A stretch of DNA of 32,000 nt. It comes from Pseudomonadota bacterium (GTDB lineage Bacteria; Pseudomonadota; Alphaproteobacteria; Rhizobiales; Xanthobacteraceae). The position numbers and the translations under genes are program-made. The DNA lies in assembly GCA_040756765.1 (NCBI GenBank), contig JBFLYG010000002.1, positions 30,195 through 62,194 of the forward strand. Direction: 5' to 3'. The notes under the pieces are model-generated. The model did not search any database. It saw only the letters and a list, made by a program, of their open reading frames with translations, and was not told the DNA's origin. The number at the start of each line of letters is the position of its first letter. Positions within the stretch are counted from its first letter, which is position 1. Positions 25,481 to 32,000 of this stretch are shown here, piece after piece.

Positions 25481-26098
25481 ATGACGGACCGGCGGAGCCA
25501 CTGGGAACATGTCTACGAGACCAAGGGCGAGCATGAAGTCAGCTGGTTTCAGGACAATCCCGCGCCGTCGCTGGAGCTGATCGCGCTGGCCGGCGCCGCG
25601 CCGGCATCCGCCATCATCGATATCGGCGGCGGCGCGTCGCGGCTGGTCGATGCCCTGCTGGCGCAGGGTTTTCGCGATCTGACCGTGCTCGACCTGTCGT
25701 CCGCCGCGCTCGCGACGGCGCAGGCGCGGCTTGGCCGCGCGGCGGACCGCGTCACCTGGATCGCCGCCGACGTCACCACCTGGCAGCCGCCGCAAGCCTA
25801 CGACATCTGGCACGACCGCGCCGCGCTGCACTTCCTCAACACGCCGCAGGAGCAGGCGGCGTATCGCGATCGCCTGCGGCAGGCGCTCAAGGTCGGCGGC
25901 CATGCCATCATCGGCACCTTCGCGCTCGACGGCCCGGAGAAATGCAGCGGCTTGCCGGTGACGCGGCACAGCGCCGACAGCCTCGGCGCGCTGCTCGGGG
26001 CGGACTTCACACTGGTGGACAGCCGCCGGCACGACCACGCGACGCCGTGGCAAGCGGTGCAGCACTTTCAGTTCAGCACGTTTGAGCGCACGCGCTAG
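25481..26098 (+). CDS. Class I SAM-dependent methyltransferase
   Basis: IIDIGGGASRLVDAL (motif I) and VLDLS. This is the in-frame tail of ORF 24293..26098, starting at ATG 25481. Confidence 0.8.
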   Translation: MTDRRSHWEHVYETKGEHEVSWFQDNPAPSLELIALAGAAPASAIIDIGGGASRLVDALLAQGFRDLTVLDLSSAALATAQARLGRAADRVTWIAADVTTWQPPQAYDIWHDRAALHFLNTPQEQAAYRDRLRQALKVGGHAIIGTFALDGPEKCSGLPVTRHSADSLGALLGADFTLVDSRRHDHATPWQAVQHFQFSTFERTR

Positions 26099-26117
26099 AC
26101 CGGCGGTCACACGCGCA

Positions 26118-27296
26118 TCACGTGTGCTGCCGCGGCACCAGCAGGACGCGCGGCCGCAGCAGCAGCGGCAGCGTGGCGATCAGCGCCGCCGCGGCGCCGA
26201 TCGCGAACGGCCCGGCATTGGTGGCACCGGCGACCAGCCCGCCGAGCGGGCCGCCGATGGCGAGGCCGAGGTCCCAGGCCGAGGTCACGGCGCCGAGCGC
26301 CGCGCTGCGCTCGCGTGGATCGGCGGCCTCGGTCACGAGGCTCGCCAGACAGGGATACAGCATCGACAGCCCGGCGCCGGTCAGCGCGGTAAAGCCGAGC
26401 GCGAGCCACGACGTCTGCGCGACGAACAGCCCGGCGAGGCCCGCGGCCTCGACCACGAAGGCGATCAGCAGCACGCGCCGCGCGCCGAAACGATCGACCG
26501 ATGAACTGCCGGCGAACCGCGTCACCATGAAGGTGACGCCGAACACCGTGAGCGCAAGATTCTCGCCGGCGAGCTGCAGCGCCGCGAAGCGCGGCACCAG
26601 GAACGCGGCGATGACGCCATAGCCGACACTGGCGAACACGTTCGACGCGCCGGGCAGCCACGCGGCGCGCGGCAAGAACGCGCGGCGGAGATCGCCGGTG
26701 GCGGCGGGCGGGGCTTCGGCGCGCGGCGTGCGCACCACCAGCACGAAGGCGAGCGCGGGACTGAAGCTCGCGGCGATCCACACATCGCGGTAGCTGCCGA
26801 ACGCGAGCAGCGCGGCGCCGATCACCGGCCCGCTGGCGAGCCCGGTCCACATCGACAGGCCGAAATGGCCGGCGATCGTGCCGCGGCGCGCCGGTTCGGC
26901 GTGCGCCAGCACCCAGCCGATCGCGGCGGTGAACAGCGCGCCTTCGCCGGCGCCGAGCAGCAGCCGCGCGACGATCAGCGCGGGCAGCGTCGAGGCAAGG
27001 AGATGCCCGAGGCCGCCGGCGCAGCCGAGCAGCGCGCCCGCGAGCACCACACGGCGGCCGCCGCGCTGGTCCGCGAGGCGGCCGGCGATCGGGCGGGCGA
27101 TCATGGTGGCGAGCGAGCCGATGGTCACCGCAAGTCCCGCGGCGACCGCATCCGCGCCGAGGCGGTCATGGGCATAGGCCGGCATCACCTGGATGGTCAT
27201 GCCGATCGCGGCATAGCCGAGGAAGCAGGCGGCCCATAGCGGCCAGTAGGGCGCGGCGGGAGCGGTGGTCGGGCGGACGGGATCGGCGGCGGGCAT
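26118..27296 (-). CDS. MFS transporter
   Basis: Start ATG 27296 (MPAADPVRP...). About 12 hydrophobic segments and ARPIAGRLADQRGGRR, the MFS loop 2-3 motif. Confidence 0.85.
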   Translation of the reverse strand: MPAADPVRPTTAPAAPYWPLWAACFLGYAAIGMTIQVMPAYAHDRLGADAVAAGLAVTIGSLATMIARPIAGRLADQRGGRRVVLAGALLGCAGGLGHLLASTLPALIVARLLLGAGEGALFTAAIGWVLAHAEPARRGTIAGHFGLSMWTGLASGPVIGAALLAFGSYRDVWIAASFSPALAFVLVVRTPRAEAPPAATGDLRRAFLPRAAWLPGASNVFASVGYGVIAAFLVPRFAALQLAGENLALTVFGVTFMVTRFAGSSSVDRFGARRVLLIAFVVEAAGLAGLFVAQTSWLALGFTALTGAGLSMLYPCLASLVTEAADPRERSAALGAVTSAWDLGLAIGGPLGGLVAGATNAGPFAIGAAAALIATLPLLLRPRVLLVPRQHT

Positions 27297-27364
27297 CACG
27301 TCATCGGCAGGCGGGTTCGGCGATGACAGTACGCGGCGCGGCTGATATGACTCAATCGCGTTAT

Positions 27365-27383
27365 TCTCATCAAGATTATGAGA
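27365..27383. promoter_or_regulatory. Inverted repeat TCTCAT-N7-ATGAGA in the MFS/LysR divergent intergenic region (candidate LysR-type box)
   Basis: Perfect 6-bp arms, located 8 nt upstream of the LysR ATG. Confidence 0.4.
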
Positions 27384-27390
27384 CTTGGGC

Positions 27391-28314
27391 ATGAACACGC
27401 GGGATCTCGAGGCCTTCCTCGCGGTGGTGGAGACCGGCTCGATCGTCGCCGCCGCCGCGCGGCTGCATCTGACGCAGTCGGGCGTCAGCCGCCGCATCCA
27501 GAGTCTCGAGGAGCAGCTCGGCGTCGCGCTGCTCGATCGCCTGTCGAAGCCGCTCAAGCCCACTGCCGCGGGCCACGACACGTATGCGCACGGGCGCCGC
27601 GTGCTGCGGGTGCTGGACGACCTCAAGTCCGAGCTGTCGCGCGACGGCGCGGTCACCGGCGAATTCCGCCTCGGCATCACGCCGTATCTGTCGGAGATCG
27701 CGCTGACGGCGCCGCTCGATCAGCTGCGCGGCAGCTTTCCCGACCTCACGCTGTGTGTCACCACCGGCTGGCCGGAGCAGCTTGTCGAGCGCCTGCGCCG
27801 CGGCGAGATCGATGCCGCGGCGTTCTGCCTGCCGGAGGCGGTCGATCCGCCCGACGATCTCGTCACGGACGTGCTCGACCTGCAGCCGCTGGTCGTCGTG
27901 GTGCCGCAGGCCTGCGCGCTGCGATCGTCCACGACGCTGCAGGCGCTGGCGGCCTATCCCTGGATCATCAACCCGGACGGCTGCGGTTTCCGCAGCGCGC
28001 TGCGGCGGCGCCTCGCACAGGACGACCTGCCGCTGCGCGTCGGCGTCGAGGCGCTGAGCTCGGACCTGCGCCTGTCGCTGGTGGCGCGCGGCGCCGGCAT
28101 CACGCTGGCGACCCGCGCCGCCATCGAGGCAAGCCCGCTGCGCAGCCAACTGCGGATCGTCACGGTGCGCGACTTCGCGCCGAAGGTCCGCGCCTTCCTG
28201 GTGCATCGCCCGCCCGCCGGCCGGCTGGCGCCGCCGATCGCGGCGCTTGCCACCGCACTGAAGGCCGCACTGGCCGCGCCTGAGCCGGCCAGGCGGCGAG
28301 TGGCCGCGCGGTAG
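27391..28314 (+). CDS. LysR-family transcriptional regulator
   Basis: MNTRDLEAFLAVVETGSIVAAAARLHLTQSGVSRRIQSLEEQLGVALLDR is the canonical LysR wHTH, followed by a substrate-binding domain. Confidence 0.9.
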   Translation: MNTRDLEAFLAVVETGSIVAAAARLHLTQSGVSRRIQSLEEQLGVALLDRLSKPLKPTAAGHDTYAHGRRVLRVLDDLKSELSRDGAVTGEFRLGITPYLSEIALTAPLDQLRGSFPDLTLCVTTGWPEQLVERLRRGEIDAAAFCLPEAVDPPDDLVTDVLDLQPLVVVVPQACALRSSTTLQALAAYPWIINPDGCGFRSALRRRLAQDDLPLRVGVEALSSDLRLSLVARGAGITLATRAAIEASPLRSQLRIVTVRDFAPKVRAFLVHRPPAGRLAPPIAALATALKAALAAPEPARRRVAAR

Positions 28315-28341
28315 CCCGCGGCTGCGCTCAATGACGATGGC

Positions 28342-28779
28342 TCAGCGCGGAGCGCCGGCGCGCAGTTCGTCGTAGTCGCCCTCGGGGGATGCGCCGCGGC
28401 CGACGGCGACGAAGCCGTGCGCCTCATAGAAGCGCCGCGCGCGCGCATTGGCGACGAGGCATTTCAGCCGGTAGGGACGGTCGGGCCATCCCGGCAGCGC
28501 GCGCAGCAGCGCGGTGCCGACGCCGCGGCGCTGCCACGCCTCGCGCACATAGAGCATGTGGATGAAATCATCAGCGGCCCACACGGAAATGAAGCCGGCG
28601 ATCGTGCCGTCCGCCGCCTGCGCGAGCCAGATCGCTTCGCCTTGCGCGTCCGCCGCGAAATCGTCGAGGCGGAATGTTGCGGGATCGCACCAGCCGAACG
28701 CCTGGCGCCGGCCGTCGCGATAGATCTCTGCAAGTGCGGCGCTGTCGCGCGCGTGCGCAGGGCGGATGATCGGGGGCAT
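28342..28779 (-). CDS. GNAT-family N-acetyltransferase
   Basis: IRPAHARDSAALAEIY...VREAWQRRGVGTALL...NARARRFYEAHGF, the Q/RxxGxG/A acetyl-CoA motif. Confidence 0.8.
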   Translation of the reverse strand: MPPIIRPAHARDSAALAEIYRDGRRQAFGWCDPATFRLDDFAADAQGEAIWLAQAADGTIAGFISVWAADDFIHMLYVREAWQRRGVGTALLRALPGWPDRPYRLKCLVANARARRFYEAHGFVAVGRGASPEGDYDELRAGAPR

Positions 28780-28904
28780 GAAGCGCGTCGCGTTGTGTGA
28801 GGTGAGGCGTCAGCGTGGGTGCGTGAGCGCAGCGCATAGCCGCCGGAAGCGGCAGCACTGCGGCGGCGCGCCGGCGATCCAAAATCGGCCGAGTTCGGTG
28901 GCGC

Positions 28905-29355
28905 GGTCTCCTCATCCTGAGAGTCTGACTCAAAAAGCGACTATGGACCTAAATGTTTGTCGTCGCCGGGCTTGTCCCGGCGACCCCGGCAAGGAGGGCA
29001 CTGCGCCCCTAAGCGGGGTGGCCGGGACAAGCCCGGCCACGACAGAAAAATACGAGCCGCGCCGCTCCTTCACAAACGCCCAACGCCTTTTCCAGTCAGG
29101 CTCTGAGGAGCAGGCGAAGCCTGCGTCTCGAAGGATGAGGCCCGGATTGGTCAGCCGATGCGCCTCGGCCTCATGGTTCGAGACGCGCGGCGAAGCCGCG
29201 CTCCTCTCCATGAGGGAGAAGCCGGAAGCTGGCAGTTTCGAGTGTTGAGGGGGCGCTCATTCACAGCGTCATCATGGGGCCGTCGCGCAGCGTCTCTGGT
29301 CTCATGCGGCGTTGGCCACACCCAACGCGTCGTTGCCGGGCTTGACCCGGCAACC
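28905..29355. repeat. Block of REP-type repeats: inverted type A copy 4 (28957-29046, no module), SFETR-type hairpins, degenerate type B
   Basis: 28957-29046 is the reverse complement of the type A core. 29088-29215 has ccttttccagtcaggctctgagg and the cgtctcgaaggatgaggc / gcctcatggttcgagacg pairing. Confidence 0.75.
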
Positions 29356-29625
29356 CAGCTGCGCGCGCGGCGGTCGCAATTCTTCAGGGGATGGCGAGCA
29401 CCGGCAGGGCCACGAATCGCAACCCCCATGCCAAGATCTTAATGAGATCGCTAAGGTATTCACGACGCTATCCGAAGTAAAAAGGACAAAAAGTACCTTG
29501 TTGAGGACACCAAGTACCTTAATGAGGCGCGGAATAGCCTCGGAATTACAGTGCCTTAAATAATCGAGGGCCCAGTCTTCTGCGTGTCGCGTGTCGTAGC
29601 GACGAGAACAGAAGGATCTCAAGCC

Positions 29626-31323
29626 ATGCCCTCCGAAATCACCCTGTCCGCGGCGACGCGCCAGAACCTGCTGTCGTTGCAGGACACCGCATCGCTGCTC
29701 GCGACCACCCAGTCGCGCCTGTCGACCCAGAAGAAGGTCAACTCGGCGCTCGACAATCCCGTCAACTATTTCGCCGCGCAGAGCATGACGGCGCGCTCGT
29801 CCGACCTGATGTCGCTGCTCGACGGCATCTCCAACGGCATCCAGACCGTGCAGGCGGCCAACCAGGGCATCACCCGCATCCAGGGCCTGGTCGATTCCGC
29901 CAAGAGCGCCGCGCAGCAGGCGCTCGCCGTGCAGAACACCGCCGCGGGCGCGACCGCGACCGGCGCGGTGGTGGCCGCGGCCAACGGCAAGTCGCTGCTC
30001 GGCAGCGGCACCGGCGCCGCCGCCGACGGCACCCATGATTACAGCGGCACCAATGCCGCGTCGTCGTTCACCCTCACCGACAATTTCGGCAACACCGCCT
30101 CGATCACGCTCGACCGCGGCCATCTCGGCACCGTGCGCGACATCACCAAGGTGACGTCGACCGAGATCCTGACCCAGATCAACCAGCAGCTCAGCCAGGC
30201 CGGCGGCTTCGCCACGGCGTCGCTGACCAATGACGGCCGCCTGACCTTTACTTCGACCGTCACCGGCGTCGACGCCAAGCTGACGGTCGGCGGCGGCGGC
30301 GCCGCCAACACCGTCGATGTCGGCTTCGGCGTCGGCACCGTCACCGCGGTGTCCGCCTCGGGCATCGACGCCACCGACGGCTCGGCCAAGGCCACCGTCA
30401 CCGGCGCCGCGATCACTGCGCTCGGGGTCGCCAGCAACTTCGACCTCACCAGCGGCGATGCCTCGATCACCCTGCAGCTCGGCAACGGCCTGTCCAAGAC
30501 CATCAACCTCAACAAGACGGCGGATGCCTCGCTTGGTTCGGCGACGCTCAAGGCCCAGGACATCGCCAACGCCATCAACAAGCAGCTCAACGCCGACACC
30601 GGCATCTCCGGCAAGGTGATCGCGACCTACGACAACACCGCCGGCACCATCGCGCTGCGCACCACGGCGGCGGGCGGCGACCAGAAGATCACCGTGACGT
30701 CGGCGTCCGCGAGCACCAAGGACATCGGCTTTGGCACCGGCGGCGATGTCACCAAGGCGCGGATCGGCGCCGGCGCCGGCGCCACCTCGGCCAACGGCAC
30801 CAACCAGCGCGCCGTGCTCGCCCAGCAGTTCAACGATCTCCTGACGCAGATTTCGATGGCGGCGCAGGACGCGCGCTTCCAGGGCGTCAACCTGCTCTAC
30901 CGCTCGGGCAGCGACCCGCGCGAGAACACGCTGCACCTGACGTTCAACGAGAAGGACACCAGCTTTCTCGACATCAAGGGCGTGAAGTTCGATGCCGCCG
31001 GTCTCGGCATCACCCAGATCACCGGCAACTTCGCCACCAATGACGAGATCAAGACCTCGCTGAGCCAGCTCACCAACGCGGCGTCGACGTTGCGCACCCA
31101 GGCCTCGACCTTCGGCTCCAACATGACGGTGGTACAGAACCGCCAGGCGCTGACCAAGAGCATCGTCAACATCCTCGATGTCGGCGCCAGCAACCTGACC
31201 ATCGCCGACCTCAACGAGGAAACCGCCAACCAGAAGGCGCTGGAGCTGCGCAACTCGCTGGCGATCTCGGCGCTGTCGCTCGCGAGCCAGGCGCAGCAGG
31301 GCATTCTGCAGCTGCTCCGCTAA
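29626..31323 (+). CDS. Flagellin, 565 aa, with conserved N/C helical domains and a duplicated central domain
   Basis: Start ATG 29626 after AAGGA. N-terminus RLSTQKKVNSALDNPVNYF and C-terminus NRQALTKSIVNILDVGASNLTIADLNEETANQKALELRNSLAISALSLASQAQQGILQLLR are flagellin N and C regions. Confidence 0.85.
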   Translation: MPSEITLSAATRQNLLSLQDTASLLATTQSRLSTQKKVNSALDNPVNYFAAQSMTARSSDLMSLLDGISNGIQTVQAANQGITRIQGLVDSAKSAAQQALAVQNTAAGATATGAVVAAANGKSLLGSGTGAAADGTHDYSGTNAASSFTLTDNFGNTASITLDRGHLGTVRDITKVTSTEILTQINQQLSQAGGFATASLTNDGRLTFTSTVTGVDAKLTVGGGGAANTVDVGFGVGTVTAVSASGIDATDGSAKATVTGAAITALGVASNFDLTSGDASITLQLGNGLSKTINLNKTADASLGSATLKAQDIANAINKQLNADTGISGKVIATYDNTAGTIALRTTAAGGDQKITVTSASASTKDIGFGTGGDVTKARIGAGAGATSANGTNQRAVLAQQFNDLLTQISMAAQDARFQGVNLLYRSGSDPRENTLHLTFNEKDTSFLDIKGVKFDAAGLGITQITGNFATNDEIKTSLSQLTNAASTLRTQASTFGSNMTVVQNRQALTKSIVNILDVGASNLTIADLNEETANQKALELRNSLAISALSLASQAQQGILQLLR

Positions 31324-31538
31324 CCGTGCGCGGAGGAGGGTGAGCGCCGGCGCCATGCGTTCCAGGATGGAGCGTGTGGCGCCGATCCGCCCGGCCCGTC
31401 TCTCCGCCTCAAATCCATGGCGCCCGCGTTCTCGTTCCGCGTCCCGATGGCGCGCCTCCCATCGCCGTTCGTCGTGCCGTCCCGCGCAAAGCGCCGGACC
31501 GCCGCGACCGGCCGTCACTCTCTTTCCATCGGGGCTTT

Positions 31539-32000
31539 GATGAGCATCTCCATCGCACTGCAGAACGCGTTCAGCGGCATGAAGGCGCAGTCCTACGCGA
31601 TCGGCAACATCTCCGGCAACATCGCCAACGCGCAGACGCCGGGCTACAAGTCCATCGACACCAATTTCGCCGACCTGATCACCGCGCAGTCGTCCAAGCA
31701 GGCGATGGCGGGCAGCGTGATCGCCGAGGCGCGCTTCACCACCGCGCAGCAAGGCGCGCTGCGCGCCACCGGCATCTCCACCAACATGGCGATCAACGGC
31801 CCGGGCTTCCTGGTCGTGCAGCAGAAGACCGGCGAGGCGAAGTTCTCCGGCGTGTCGCAGTACACCCGCCGCGGCGACTTCACGCTCAACAAGGACGGCT
31901 ACCTGGTCAACGGCGCCGACGGCTACCTGTTCGGCAGCAATCTCGATCCCGCGACCGGCAGCGTCACCTCCTCGGGCCCGATCAAGATCGCCAATGTCAG
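31539..32000 (+). CDS. flgE: Flagellar hook protein FlgE, N-terminal 154 codons (continues past the window)
   Basis: My translation: MSISIALQNAFSGMKAQSYAIGNISGNIANAQTPGYKS...NMAINGPGFLVVQ...YTRRGDFTLNKDGYLVNGADGYLFG. This combines the rod/hook N-terminal motif with FlgE-type downstream motifs. Confidence 0.75.

Noticed and set aside
26865-28206. ORFs antisense or out of frame to the MFS and LysR genes (26865..27239, 27376..28206, 27378..28283)
   Set aside because: Shadow frames. The LysR and MFS frames carry canonical family motifs.
1040-29360. Possibility that the recurring hairpin repeats form a CRISPR array
   Set aside because: The copies are dispersed over 28 kb and are not regularly spaced. 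They are long composite palindromes in both orientations, with no unique short spacers and no cas genes. They fit REP/MITE-type elements.
29440-29625. Sigma-54 (TGGCAC-N5-TTGC) or sigma-28 (TAAA-N15-GCCGATAA) promoter upstream of the flagellin gene
   Set aside because: No GG/GC sigma-54 pair was found. The best sigma-28-like match (cTAAG-N15-TCCGAAGT at about 29453-29480) matches too few positions to call.
29302-31752. 816-aa ORF on the minus strand
   Set aside because: Antisense to the flagellin gene. The translation is Arg/Gly/Ala/Asp-rich low-complexity sequence typical of antisense frames in high-GC DNA, while the plus strand encodes unmistakable flagellin N and C domains.

Overview
High-GC alphaproteobacterial chromosome segment. 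REP-type hairpin repeats and gene content look Bradyrhizobium/Rhodopseudomonas-like, but that is my inference, not a search result. Layout: (1) Core region 1-5165: truncated M20 amidohydrolase, EamA transporter, GNAT, rpmA, rplU and tRNA-Ser(CGA), interspersed with composite REP/MITE-like repeats. (2) About 12.4 kb of visibly lower-GC, REP-free DNA follows the tRNA-Ser 3-prime end (about 5166-17560). It carries one decayed and one intact short tyrosine recombinase plus a mosaic of small accessory modules. These include a wHTH protein, a HEPN-like RNxxxH protein with a coiled-coil partner, DUF2971-like, DUF559/Vsr-like nuclease-fold and DUF3800-like proteins, an XRE regulator with a membrane protein, and several unknowns. 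I read this as an integrated, probably immobilised, genomic or defence-type island. (3) High-GC region 17565-28314 is an orphan biosynthetic cluster: SDR epimerase/reductase, GT2 (ceramide-glucosyltransferase-like), an unknown protein, GT1, a PaaK/F390-type adenylating enzyme, an MBL-fold hydrolase, KAS III and a SAM methyltransferase, flanked by an MFS exporter and a divergent LysR regulator. (4) A GNAT gene, more REP repeats, a long flagellin with an internally duplicated central domain, and the start of flgE. Many long ORFs in the track are antisense artefacts of the high GC content and were rejected. All family assignments come from motifs I read in the translations; no database search was possible.
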